A stretch of DNA of 63,192 nt, counting the filler, from Nemertoderma westbladi (lineage: Eukaryota; Animalia; Xenacoelomorpha): NCBI GenBank assembly GCA_032718475.1. It is 3 parts of 3 records of this genome, joined end to end, with 100 filler letters (N's around TTAATTAATTAA, not from the genome) between each part and the next. Parts side by side here need not be neighbours in the genome. Positions count along the whole stretch, not along the records: positions 26,690 to 55,318 come from JAUCBJ010008977.1; positions 55,419 to 63,192 come from JAUCBJ010003240.1; 1 more part is not named here. One strand, given 5' to 3'. The position numbers were made by a program, and so were the translations under genes. Positions 48,136 to 60,749 of this stretch are shown here, in pieces (within the stretch, counting starts at the first letter, position 1; each line of letters begins with the position of its first letter). Below the pieces are notes generated by a model. The model saw nothing but the letters and a program-made list of their open reading frames with translations. It was not told where the DNA came from and ran no database searches.

Positions 48136-49339
48136 TCAGAAATTCATGAATTAGAGTTGGGCACTTGGGGGTTTGAATAATTTCCAGTTAGGCACCGAAA
48201 GGGTTAAGGGGCTCCGTAAAAGTTGATTAGCTTATCTAACAATAAATTTGGAGAGTTCAATGAATTTGACGAGTTCGTTTCTTCAATTTTTCACTCTAAA
48301 TTTAATATAATCGTTAATTTTATCCGAAGAATTTCTAACGTTCTAAACAGAGACTATCTTTGTGAGTAATAGTTCTGGGTGTTGGTTTTTCAACTCACCT
48401 GAATATATCGAAGCTGCACCACCAAATAGGTGGGGTGATATAGTTTACGTCCTGCTGGATCTTCCGAGAATTTGAGCTAATTTCATTGAGTTATGGATTT
48501 AGAAACCTTCTAGATAGTTGTTGTCTGAAATATAACAAAAAGGAAATATTATGATATCATATTAAACATTTTGATTAGCTAATATAACAGATTAGTTTAA
48601 CAAACTCTGTGCAGATTAATAAACTCTAGTCTGCTGTTGTATTTAATAGCAAAAACCAATACCAATTATTGACACGTTAATATTGTTTTTACGTTTGATT
48701 TTCAGTGCAATCTATTGTTCAATGCAATCTATAATTATTATAATATAATTATTTTACAATAATTTGATAAGATAACAATTAGAGTTAACAGAGATCACAA
48801 AAATAAAATGCGAATCATCCTAGAAGGTCCATCAGTCCATCCCCCGCCTCACTGATGGTACCAAGGATGGATGCCGCATTACCCATCTGGATTACGACCA
48901 GCAACCTCTGCAGGAGGAACAAAAGAAGTTGAGCTAGTTGTACAGTTGAGCTCGTTTAACCTCCTATTATGAAATCATAATAATTTATACAATATTTTTC
49001 GCATAAAACCTAACCAAACCAGTAATTAATTTCCATTTCAGTTCCCAGATAGGGGTTCCTATCATAAAGTTGTTTTAAAGAATATGTTGTTTGCTCCAAT
49101 TTTAATTTCATTTGGTCGACTTTTATATTTTTTCGAGTTTTATATTTTCCACCGGCTACTATACTTACTTTAGTATTTATTGAGTTAATAAAGTTTGTAA
49201 ATGTTGAATCATCTTATGTTACACGAAATGTTCCAGTCCCTTCATTGAATTCTTTCTGTGGTTTCTTTTTGCGGCGGACTTAATCTATAAATAAATTAGG
49301 AATTATCAATGTCATTTAATACAGAATTGAAGCATAGTC

Positions 49340-49671
49340 GCTAAACATCAGCTGGAGACAACAATCTAACAAACGGAACGCCGAGCTTTATGTTACAATA
49401 ACGACTACCCTATACTAATAATCAACCACCCTCCATGAACGCTTACTACAGTGGGCAGACTGCTGGATAAGTACACATGACGTCATTCCAGATCTACTTA
49501 TCTGGCAGGCAACCAACACAAGGAAAGCGTAGCTGTGGACGACCGGCTATAACATATATAGATCAACTTGAAAGGGATACTGAACTTGGGAGAAACGAAA
49601 TTGTAACAACTTTGGAGAACCGGGAAGCCTGGAAGGATCTCAATTCCACTGTCCGAGTTCGCTCAACCTAA
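49340..49671 (+). mobile_element. Degenerate 3' end of an RTE-type LINE
   Basis: QPTQGKRSCGRPAITYIDQLERDT...ENREAWK matches the G.R..GRP...W.D....D...DR..W C-terminus of RTE ORFs. Confidence 0.7.
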
Positions 49672-49762
49672 GTTGAGCTAGTTGAGCAGTTGAGTTCGCT
49701 CAACCTCGTATTATGTAATCATAATAATTTATATAGTATTTTTCGCATAAAACCAAACCAAA

Positions 49763-52073
49763 CCAGTAATTAAGTTCCATTTTAGTTCCCAGGTTGGGGT
49801 TCCTAGTACAGGTGATTATTACTTACCAGTAATTAAGTTCCATTTCAGTTCCTAAATTGGGGTTCCAAGTACAGGTAATTATTACTTACCAGTAATTAAG
49901 TTCCATTTCAGTTCCCAAATTGGGGTTCCAAGTACAGGTAATTATTACTTACCAGTAATTAAGTTCCATTTCAGTTCCCAAATTGGGGTTCCAAGGACAG
50001 GTAATTATTACTTACCAGTAATTAAGTTCCATTTCAGTTCCCAAATTGGGGTTCTAAGTACAGGTAATTATTACTTACCAGTAATTAAGTTCCTTTTCAG
50101 TTCCCAAATTGGGGTTCCAAGTACAGGTAATTATTACTTACCAGTAATTAAGTTCCATTTCAGTTCCCAGGTTGGGGTTCCAAGTACAGGTAATTATTAC
50201 TTATCAGTAACTGGGCTCCATTTCAGTTCCCAAATTGGGGTTCCAAGTACAGGTAATTATTACTTACCAGTAATTAAGTTCTATTTCAGTTCCCAAATTG
50301 GGGTTCCAAGTACAGGTAATTATTACTTACCAGTAATTAAGTTCCAGTTCAGTTCCCAGGTTGGGGTTCCAAGTACAGGTAATTATTACTTACCAGTAAT
50401 TAAGTTCCATTTCAGTTCCCAGGTTTGGGTTCCAAGTACAGGTAATTATTACTTACCAGTAATTAAGTTCCATTTCAGTTCCCAGGTTTGGGTTCCAAGT
50501 ACAGGTAATTATTACTTACCAGTAATTAAGTTCCAGTTCAGTTCCCAGGTTGGGGTTCCAAGTACAGGTAATTATTACTTACCAGTAATTAAGTTCCATT
50601 TCAGTTCCCAGGTTTGGGTTCCAAGTACAGGTAATTATTACTTACCAGTAATTAAGTTCCATTTCAGTTCCCAAATTGGGGTTCTAAGTACAGGTAATTA
50701 TTACTTACCAGTAATTAAGTTCCATTTCAGTTCCCAAATTGGGGTTCCAAGTACAGGTAATTATTACTTACCAGTAATTAAGTTCCATTTCAGTTCCCAG
50801 GTTGGGGTTCCAAGTACAGGTAATTATTACTTATCAGTAACTGGGCTCCATTTCAGTTCCCAAATTGGGGTTCCAAGTACAGGTAATTATTACTTACCAG
50901 TAATTAAGTTCCATTTCAGTTCCCAAATTGGGGTTCCAAGTACAGGTAATTATTACTTACCAGTAATTAAGTTCCAGTTCAGTTCCCAGGTTGGGGTTCC
51001 AAGTACAGGTAATTATTACTTACCAGTAATTAAGTTCCATTTCAGTTCCCAGGTTGGGGTTCCAAGTACAGGTAATTATTACTTATCAGTAACTGGGCTC
51101 CATTTCAGTTCCCAAATTGGGGTTCCAAGTACAGGTAATTATTACTTACCAGTAATTAAGTTCCATTTCAGTTCCCAAATTGGGGTTCCAAGTACAGGTA
51201 ATTATTACTTACCAGTAATTAAGTTCCATTTCAGTTCCCAGGTTGGGGTTCCAAGTACAGGTAATTATTACTTATCAGTAACTGGGCTCCATTTCAGTTC
51301 CCAAATTGGGGTTCCAAGTACAGGTAATTATTACTTACCAGTAATTAAGTTCCATTTCAGTTCCCAAATTGGGGTTCCAAGTACAGGTAATTATTACTTA
51401 CCAGTAATTAAGTTCCAGTTCAGTTCCCAGGTTGGGGTTCCAAGTACAGGTAATTATTACTTACCAGTAATTAAGTTCCATTTCAGTTCCCAGGTTTGGG
51501 TTCCAAGTACAGGTAATTATTACTTACCAGTAATTAAGTTCCAGTTCAGTTCCCAGGTTGGGGTTCCAAGTACAGGTAATTATTACTTACCAGTAATTAA
51601 GTTCCATTTCAGTTCCCAGGTTTGGGTTCCAAGTACAGGTAATTATTACTTACCAGTAATTAAGTTCCATTTCAGTTCCCAAATTGGGGTTCCAAGTACA
51701 GGTAATTATTACTTACCAGTAATTAAGTTCCAGTTCAGTTCCCAGGTTGGGGTTCCAAGTACAGGTAATTATTACTTACCAGTAATTAAGTTCCATTTCA
51801 GTTCCCAAATTGGGGTTCCAAGTACAGGTAATTATTACTTACCAGTAATTAAGTTCCATTTCAGTTCCCAAATTGGGGTTCCAAGTACAGGTAATTATTA
51901 CTTACCAGTAATTAAGTTCCATTTCAGTTCCCAGGTTGGGGTTCCAAGTACAGGTAATTATTACTTACCAGTAATTAAGTTCCAGTTCAGTTCCCAGATT
52001 GGGGTTCCAAGTACAGGTAATTATTACTTACCAGTAATTAAGTTCCATTTCAGTTCCCAGATTGGGGTTCCAA
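49763..52073. repeat. 63 bp tandem satellite, ~36.7 units
   Basis: ccagtaattaagttccatttcagttcccaaattggggttccaagtacaggtaattattactta from 49763 to 52031 at exact 63 bp spacing. Confidence 0.98.
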
Positions 52074-52280
52074 ACACAACATAACGTTTAGAGTCTTTTA
52101 TTAATTCCAGAACGATACCAGCTTCAAAGTTGTTTCAAAGTTCAGCAGTTTTCGGTTAGGTTTTCAGAGTCTGGCAGTCTTCTGATTCAGAATTTTAGCC
52201 CAACTGATTTCTGAAAGAGTTTTCCACTCCGACGGATTTCGCATAGATTTTTGTTTCTGGCAGTTTCTGAATAAAGTTTT

Positions 52281-52557
52281 ACACTGAAATGGATACAGTT
52301 TTTGTGTCTGGCCGTATTCCAGATTCAGCTTCTGAATACAACAGTTTCCGAATAGAGATTGACACTGAAATGGATACTGTTTTTGTGTCTGGCCGTATTC
52401 CAGATTCAGCTTCTGAGTACAACAGTTTCCGAATAGAGATATACACTGAAATGGATACAGTTTTTGTGTCTGGCCGTATTCCAGATTCAGCTTCTGAATA
52501 CAACAGTTTCCGAATAGAGATTGACACTGAAATGGATAATGTTTTTGTGTCTGGCCG
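52281..52557. repeat. 81 bp tandem repeat, ~3.4 units
   Basis: acactgaaatggatac at 52281, 52362, 52443, 52524. Confidence 0.93.
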
Positions 52558-52559
52558 TT

Positions 52560-52703
52560 AACAAGGATTATGTGAGGCATTCACTGGTTAATAAATGGGT
52601 TAGTGGTGGGTAAACAAGGATTCTGTGAGGCATTCACTGGTTAATAAATGGGTTAGTGGTGGGTTAACAAGGATTCTGTGAGGCATTCACTGGTTAATAA
52701 ATG
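52560..52703. repeat. 53 bp tandem repeat, ~2.7 units
   Basis: aacaaggatt.tgtgaggcattcactggttaataaatg three times. Confidence 0.9.
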
Positions 52704-53447
52704 AGAGTAGTAATAGTATGCCACCCTCTGCGACAGTTGGACCTACTTCACACCTTGGGTGTTAAGTAGGTCATTAATTAATCAACCAATTAATTAATTG
52801 GTCGATTAAACAATTAATTAATTGTTTAATCAATCGACTCGTATCAAATAATGTTGCCAAAGGCAATTTAATTTGATACAAATCAATCAGATAGGGACAC
52901 GAGATGAATAAATTGTACTACAACAAATGAAATATACAATATAATATACAATACATTTGTATTATTTTTACCATACAGTAGGTAAAGATAGAATTAAATA
53001 TAAAGACGCAATCGAGGCCCAAAACATAAATATACCCTTTCACGAAAATAAAGTGGGCCCAGTTTGGCCCCGAGTCATCCCTCAATAATCTGTGGCTGCT
53101 CGGGCTCTTATTAACCGTAGCATGACTAACCCAAACATCAATGCGTGAATGGGGCCTGCATGAATGGGGCATGCCTCAGAGCTTAAATTATTCAAACCTA
53201 TAGCTTCGTTATTACATCAATTCGTCCGAGAAATTATAATAAACATCTGCTCTTGCAATAGATTGCATTCTTCTTTCACAACTCCATTCTAACCTCCCTC
53301 TATAATAGCCCCTAGTCACCGCATTCCCATTCATTCTCTAATTTTTATTTTTAAAAGTTTTATTTATTTTCATAAAAGTTTTATTTATTTAAAATTTTGT
53401 AAAATCATTCAGCGAAAATTCATAATATCAATTGACATTGCTATATA

Positions 53448-54467
53448 ATGCATAGAGATGAAAGATGTTTGGTTTGTAATAAAGAAATGAGACAAGATAA
53501 TCTATCTCGTCATATGGAAAGACATAGAAAGGATAAACTAATGGATCCATTACCAAAGAAATTTAAAAAATCCGAAGATGTTTTTAGTGAAGATGAAAAG
53601 AAAAAGAGAGTTGAGCGTGATATTTTAAAGATAAAACAGACAATGGAAAATAAATTTCATAAAGTTATGAATATTTTGAAAGGGATACAAAAACAGTTAC
53701 CCCTAGAAAATGATGAGAATTTGAGTGAGGAAGATGAAGAAGAGGACGATGAGATGGAGAATGAAAATAGTGAGGGTCAAGATGAAGTTGAAGAGAGTGA
53801 AGTTGGGAACGAAGAAAGTGAAGATCAGAAAGATGACGAAGAAAGTGAAGGTCAGGAAGAGGGTGAAGATAGCGAAGGTCAGGAAGAGAATGAAGAAAGT
53901 GAAGAACAGGAAGAGGATGAAGAAAGTGAAGAACAGGAAGAGGATGAAGAAAGCGAAGGTCAGAAAGAGGATGAAGAAAGTGAAGGTCATGAAGAGGACG
54001 AAGAAAGTGAAGAACAGGAAGACGACGAAGAAAGTGAAGAACAGGAAGACGACGAAGAAAGTGAAGGTCAGGAAAGTGAAGAAGATGATGAAAATGATAA
54101 TAATAAGGAAATATTGAGACAATTACTTGGAAATAAGAATAAATTGCGGAAAATTATTAAACATTTAGAAGAGAATGGTGAAAATAAAGAAGAGATATTG
54201 AGACAAATATTAGGAAACAAAAATCAAATGCGGAAATTTATTAAACAAATGGAAGAAAATGAGGAAAATAGAGAAGAGATATTAAGACAGGTTTTGGGAA
54301 ATAAAAGTAAATTACTGAAAATTAATGAACAATTGAATAAAATTAAGAAACTGTTGGTTAATGAGGAAGATGAAATTAAAGAAAATCAACCAGCTTTTAC
54401 TTATTTTCGAAGACCTATGACAACAAACTCTCGTACAGTATTTGCCCGCGCAGGAGGACACTATTGA
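53448..54467 (+). CDS. Single C2H2 zinc finger protein with acidic repeat tract and three C-terminal ~27 aa repeats; probably mobile-element derived
   Basis: CLVCNKEMRQDNLSRHMERH; NLS-like PLPKKFKK; (EEDEESEEQ)n; ENKEEILRQILGNK x3; intronless, very A-rich. Confidence 0.7.
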   Translation: MHRDERCLVCNKEMRQDNLSRHMERHRKDKLMDPLPKKFKKSEDVFSEDEKKKRVERDILKIKQTMENKFHKVMNILKGIQKQLPLENDENLSEEDEEEDDEMENENSEGQDEVEESEVGNEESEDQKDDEESEGQEEGEDSEGQEENEESEEQEEDEESEEQEEDEESEGQKEDEESEGHEEDEESEEQEDDEESEEQEDDEESEGQESEEDDENDNNKEILRQLLGNKNKLRKIIKHLEENGENKEEILRQILGNKNQMRKFIKQMEENEENREEILRQVLGNKSKLLKINEQLNKIKKLLVNEEDEIKENQPAFTYFRRPMTTNSRTVFARAGGHY

Positions 54468-54874
54468 CATTTGTTTGTTTGAGTTCCTTTCATAATAGTA
54501 TTAAAACTATTTATCCATAACAATTATATTAGTATTAGGACTATTTATCCATAACATTTATATTAGTATTAGGATTATTTATCCTTAATTATTATATTAG
54601 TATTATAAATGTATTTGCCAACAATATTTATTACTATTAGGTCTATTTATTCAAGAAATTATATGTTTTTATAATATATTTTGGAAAATTAGTCGACTAA
54701 GTCATAATTTTTAAAACTTTAAATAAGGGTGGAGTTATTTTATAAAGTTAAGAAGAGTGAATCAATGGAGGCAACCTGAAGTCTCATCTCTTGCCCTTTA
54801 CTCATAAGACCGCACGTTAACTCCCAAGGTTGCATACTATCACTATAGCTGGGAGAGTCAAAGCTAGTGTACAG

Positions 54875-55318
54875 GAGTGAGGGAAGTGAGGCAGTGAGGA
54901 AGTGAGGGAAGTGAGGGAATGAGGGAGGCAGTGAGGGAAGTGAGGCAGTGAGACATAGTGAGGCAGTGAGGCATAGTGAGGCAGTGAGGCATAGTGAGGG
55001 AAGTGAGGCATAGTGAGGCAGTGAGGCATAGTGAGGGAAGTGAGGCATAGTGAGGCAGTGAGGCATAGTGAGGCAGTGAGGCAGTGAGGCACAGTGAGGC
55101 AGTGAGGCATAGTGAGGCAGTGAGGGAAGTGAGGCAGTGAGGCATATTGAGGCATAGTGAGGCATAGTGAGGGAAGTGAGGCATAGTGAGGCATAGTGAG
55201 GCAGTGAGGCAGTGAGGCATAGTGAGGCATAGTGAGGCATAGTGAGGCAGTGAGGGAAGTGAGGCATAGCGAGGCATATTGAGGCATAGTGAGGCATAGT
55301 GAGGCATAGTGAGGCATA
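54875..55318. repeat. G-rich simple satellite of AGTGAGGC / AGTGAGGCAT / AGTGAGGGA units running into the gap
   Basis: Direct reading. Confidence 0.95.
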
Positions 55319-55418
55319 NNNNNNNNNNNNNNNNNNNNNNNNNNNNNNNNNNNNNNNNNNNNTTAATTAATTAANNNNNNNNNNNNNNNNNNNNNNNNNN
55401 NNNNNNNNNNNNNNNNNN
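55319..55418. other. Assembly gap with artificial six-frame-stop linker
   Basis: N44-TTAATTAATTAA-N44. Confidence 0.97.
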
Positions 55419-55964
55419 CGCAAATTTCTCAGGAGTATTAATCCTAGCGACATTCACTCCTATAACTTAATCAATTTTATCCGTCAGGATCCGAGCTATG
55501 GAGACTTATTTGTTAACTCACACCCCGAGTTACAGGAAGTATATCGACGGCCTTACAAATACCGAGCCCGCGAACGCGAGTTGGAAAGAACCATTAAACC
55601 CAGGAAGTTTCTGACTGCCTATGATCCACCCACGGCGCTCGTTCAGACCACTCGTAAAGGACCCGTAAGAGCGGCCGTCCTAAAACGCGCTCTAAAGGCT
55701 GTTAGACCCCTCTCCCCCGAAGTTGATGTCAACCAACCCGGCACTTCGACCGGCGGATACACCGACCATAATCCTACACCCTCTGATGCAATCATATTGC
55801 ACCCTTCACCCAGGAGTTATAGCCCTCCTTGTAAAGTGGCTCGCCCCAAAGAGAAAAAGACTCTGGCTAGCTTTAAAAACTGCGTAAACGCCGTCTACGT
55901 AAGAAAGACTAACTGTTTAGAGTATTTACGTATATTAGAAACTGTGATTTTGTATATTTTATAG
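55419..55964 (+). CDS. C-terminal part of the last ORF of an LTR element (open from the gap); not integrase-like
   Basis: Frame open from 55419 (RKFLRSINPSDIHSY...) to stop at 55964, 26 nt before the LTR. Confidence 0.5.
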   Translation, partial: RKFLRSINPSDIHSYNLINFIRQDPSYGDLFVNSHPELQEVYRRPYKYRARERELERTIKPRKFLTAYDPPTALVQTTRKGPVRAAVLKRALKAVRPLSPEVDVNQPGTSTGGYTDHNPTPSDAIILHPSPRSYSPPCKVARPKEKKTLASFKNCVNAVYVRKTNCLEYLRILETVILYIL

Positions 55965-55990
55965 ACTCAAATCCCATTTTCTGGGAGCGG

Positions 55991-57232
55991 TGTAAAAGCT
56001 TTTGTGGGATGTAACTGGCCCTTTTGCTTTGCAATCCAGTTCCCCCCCAGGCGCTGGAATACTCTAAAAAGCTCTCTAACTCGAATGATGCAAAGCGACC
56101 TGCGGATTGGCTGATTTGTTATACGAGGGGCTCTTTGCTATGTTCTATCGGCCAACCAGAGCTATAGCAGCAGAGTATGCAACCAGGGCAACCGAGCGGA
56201 GTGACTCATTTTGTGTGTTGGCCAAGGGCTGCAAAAATCCTGATAGTTCGGCATTTAGATATTCGTGGAACCTGTGGAATCTGGTGTTCTGCCAATGAGA
56301 GCTATTCCTCTCTGTGTAAAAAGATACCTGCAACGGTGTTAGAGTCAGAGAGTGTTTTTGTTACTGTTGTGTTGTTTCTATCTAGGCCAGGAACACCGGC
56401 TCTAGAGTCAATTCGTTTCAGACTTTAGAAGAAACATTTTAGATTATAGAGCGTATAACTGTTATCAAACCCAACTCAATCAGTGCAACACGGCTCAATC
56501 GGCACATACATTGTCATATCATATCTTAACCTACCGTCTTAATGCTTTTACTGTTGTTATTATTTTGTATCAGTTGGTTGAATATTATTTGGAGAACATC
56601 TATAAAGAACCCAAATTTCCCAATTTTCTTGATACACTACAGGTTAGAGAGACAGGTTACATATAGCGATTGCGACTTATATTATCGTGGTTTGTAGTGA
56701 ATTTAATGCTATTTGATAAGCACTACATGAGTCAGTTGCTGTTCTCTTTATATATGATAAAATTCATTGACGGTCGGCAAATTAGTGTGCAGTATTGTGT
56801 GTTACCGGTAGTGTGCATGATTGTGGCTGATAACTAAGCATTTCCTAAAGAATGCGCCTCATACGTGAATCATAAGCCTTACCGACTTACCGTTGTGATT
56901 AGTATAAGTCATATCTCTGTTTACCTAGATAGAGCGCCACGTCCTAAAGGAACTGTTAATATTTCCCGAAAGTGAATAATATTAGTCAGAAATTATTTAT
57001 TAACGATCAATCGAATAATACAGTAAGCTTACACTGCAATAATAATCTAAGCCCTCCGAATCCAGTCTCCCGGGTATATCCAGCGGGTGAATGGACGCGC
57101 ACTAGGCTGGCTTCGGCTAATGTTGTGTTTATTGGTATTAAATACTTGTCATTTTCTAAAGTCTATTTATAAACCAAAAGACATATAAATTTTGGCAGGT
57201 TAAACTGCTAAAGGTCTTCAAAAGCGCGTACA
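55991..57232 (+). mobile_element. Complete 3' LTR (1242 bp)
   Basis: GGGAGCGG PPT-like then TGTAAAAGC ... AAAGCGCGTACA; ends match LTR 5489-6722. Confidence 0.88.
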
Positions 57233-58335
57233 CCTGCTGCCTACTGCCACATGTCCAATAATATCCGCGTGGACGCCAATATCTCAGCAAACGTCGTAGT
57301 CTAATTTTTTGAAAGAGAACAAATAGAGAGTTTAGAGAATAATTTCAAGAATTTTGCCGTACCGGTACTGAAATTTTACGGTCCGCGGCTAGGAGGCGCT
57401 AAATATAATTTCGTCTAGGCTTTGGCTTAATAACTTGGCTTTGGCTTTCACAGAATCCGAATTTCGGTCAACTGAAACTACATAGTGACAAAATAATTAT
57501 CCTTCTTAATTTTACACTATTATCTAGAGGCATTTTATTTACCGATCGACATCGAAGATAATAAAGAGTCGATGGAAAATAAAAAATATGTTCTACGTTA
57601 TTTAGCATGTAATACGTAATTTCATTCTTGGATTGGTACTTTTTTTATAAAATATATACACAGTATAATTATACTGTAGTAAATATATTGCTAAAAACAT
57701 AACTTTAGAAATCACTTAAAAACTAAAATAATTATTATAGGATATTGAACTGTTAATTACGGGGCGGGGGGATATAAACAACGTCCATCGTGTTCTTCCA
57801 GGAGCCCTTGCAGTAAGGTAGAAGATCCACATTACCGAGGCGGGTCTTAATTGATGACACAGTTCCAGACATACACGCCGAACCGCGAAATGATTTGGAA
57901 ATATACAATTTGTTGATCGCGTTACAAGTCTATGTATAACTAAAAATATTTAGTTATACATAGGAGCACACCTTGCAGACGCATCATCAGTGATGGTGTC
58001 ATGGTGACATGGTGTCTTCTATTACCTCATAAATATTCCAGAACAGTAAATTATTTAACATAAGGCAGCATCATGAGTTGAAGATACAATAATTTGAATC
58101 GCAGTAATAGAGTAAATACATAGTTAAATTATTTTGTAACACTATTATGTTTTATTAAAGAATTAAGCAACAAAAAGTACCAATTTAAGACCAAAATTAC
58201 GTATTTTAATAATTATTAATAAGTAATTTTATACTTAAATTTGAAGGCCTACTTTTTTTAAATAAAATTACGTATTATTAATAATTATTATTAATTCGTA
58301 ATTTTATTCTTAAATTGGTACTTTGTTGTTGCTTA

Positions 58336-58848
58336 GGGCCCCCCTCACACGGAGCAACTTGTTTCTGCAACTTGTTTCTGAAACTTGTTGCTGGACCCCC
58401 TCACATACAGAAACTTGTTGCTGCAACTTGTTTCTGCAACTTGTTTCCGAAACTTGTTTCTGCAACTTGTTGCTGGACCCCCTCACACACAGAAACTTGT
58501 TGCTGAAGAAAATAACAATTATTTCATTGAATTATATTCATACAGTAGCTAACATGTCCAGTCATTTATTAATAATATCACATCACTCAAATTACCTAAT
58601 ATTAACTAGTATCAAAATGGAATGTAATAAAAGTTTTTAAGAAAGTTGCTGGGTATATAACACAGAAACACCCTCACACACAGAAACAAGTTGCGGAAAC
58701 AAGTTGCAGAAACTTGTTGCTGGAGTCCTCACACACAGAAACAAGTTTCGGAAACAAGTTGCAGCAACAAGTTTCTGTGTGTGAGGGGGTCTAGCAACAA
58801 GTTTCAGAAACAAGTTGCAGAAACAAGTTGCTCCGTGTGAGGGGGGCC
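58336..58848. mobile_element. PIF/Harbinger-type MITE
   Basis: TIR ggcccccctcacacggagcaacttgtttctgcaacttgtttctgaaacttgttgct and its reverse complement; TTA/TAA flanks; same family as 13342-13817. Confidence 0.88.
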
Positions 58849-60749
58849 TAATACTTTTATAAAAGATAAGGCGATATAGTATTACGAATTAACAATATTT
58901 GCCTATGCCATCAGCGTTCTAGAACAATATGACAGGTACAGACAAGAATGCCACTACTACAATTCCTACTCCAACAATATCAGTTAGGTCCCGCATTCAC
59001 AACAACACGGAAACTCTGTAAACAGCGAAACAGCCATCTAAACACCAGAATGACTTCTCATGGTTTTCACGACAACCTTTGCGACAACACGTGTTTCCTC
59101 ACCCTTTCAACCGGATGCATCTCCTAATTCTGCCTCGGCCCCGCCGGTGATAGATAACACGCCTTTAGTTGTTCGCTATGTCCCTCCCTATCTGCCTTAT
59201 CTAACATTTAAGATGTTTATTTTGTACTATTTTATGAATGAACATTATGTTTGAATTTTATAAAGAATGAATATTTTTTACCCGTTTTAATCGATACCGA
59301 TTTACCCCGCTAGGGGGTGTATGTATAATATTATTCATATAATGTTACAAATTACATATTTCATACAGTACATAGGAAAAAACGTAGAATATTTTTTTCA
59401 ATATTCTCTACTGTAGACCCTTTGTTAACCATATGCTGTCGCTCGGTAAACAAAATGCCTTGAGAATAGTGCAAAAAAGTTATACGTTTTCCCTTGTATT
59501 AAATAATTACTTGTGGAATTTGTTAAGTTCTATAACATTCTTAATGTTATATATACAGTATACAGTATGTTGTAAGTTGAATGAGTTCTGGAGTTATGAA
59601 GTAGAAAAGGTTTGCACGTAATTTGAGCAAAATCCATTTATACACTCAAACGTTATTACAAATTTAGTGTCTGCAAAACGGATCTCAATATCCAATATTG
59701 GTTTATGTTGTTAAGTTGTTAAGCGGCTCCCTAGTTACGTTCAAAAATATTCCAGAATATCAAAATATATTATTAATGCTGTAGTGTTTATTTACCGCCT
59801 TGCCTTCCATAAACCTGTAAATGGAATTACCTCGGTTACCTTTGACCTTAAGAGCACTACTATGCTTTGGACTCACCCCCCTCCAAAATTTTTTTGCTTC
59901 ATTATAATAAAGGATGCAATAGCATCTTGTTCTAGAACACATTTATCGTTAAAAAATTATTTATATCATGTTCTAGAACATTAGCTATTCTAGTACTAGC
60001 TAAGAGCTCATATGGCTGGCGCAACCCATTATTGAATCCATTGCTTTTTTAAATAGATATTTGTTGCAATGGAAGCTTAAAAATGTTCTAGAACATATCG
60101 TCTATTCATTTTTGTAAAAAGAAATGTTCTAGAACAAATACTTTTTGTTCTAGAACATTTTAAAATAATTGCTTTTTGTGGTGTTTTTTTTATTTGATTA
60201 GTGTTAAAAACAATTACTAACAACTAAAGGCTTTAATATGGCATGTATAAGCAAAAATCGAAAATTTTTTGGATTGATTTTAATAATTGTTTTCGTGTAT
60301 GTAACTACCGTATAACAACATAAAAAGTCAAAATCAGAGGACATAATGAGTGATTTCAACGGATAAGAAAAATTATTGTGCTCAAATTTTTGGTAGCTAT
60401 AGTGTTTTAGGAAGGTTTAGCTAGTAATGTAACTAGTTCCGACATCCTACTTCTTTCTATAAATATTTTCTAGTAGCTAGTTCTTCTGTTCTCCGGTTTC
60501 TCCTATTACTGGTCTGCTGGTTACCGGTACATTTCGGTACCGGTATCTATTACACACGGTGCCCGGTACGCGGTACGGTAGACTGGTAGAGTACCGGTAG
60601 CTTAAAACAGTAAAAGCTGAACTGAAACCAATAAATAATTGATGTAATTCAGATACCAGGATACTGCGATACTACCAGACTGCTGTACTGTTGCGTGGTG
60701 CCGAGCCGACCATTGACAGATTGTTGTATATTTATACAACCAAAAAAAA

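Noticed and set aside
54740-55317. ORFs of MPHYASLCLT repeats; likewise ORFs at 13039-13625, 52164-52580, 58315-58640, 4748-5426
   Set aside because: Translations of satellites or MITE subterminal repeats
59925-60160. Heat-shock elements upstream of PPM1D (TGTTCTAGAACA x5)
   Set aside because: Only two-unit TTCnnGAA cores, and the same word occurs in foldback MITE arms, so a TE remnant is more likely
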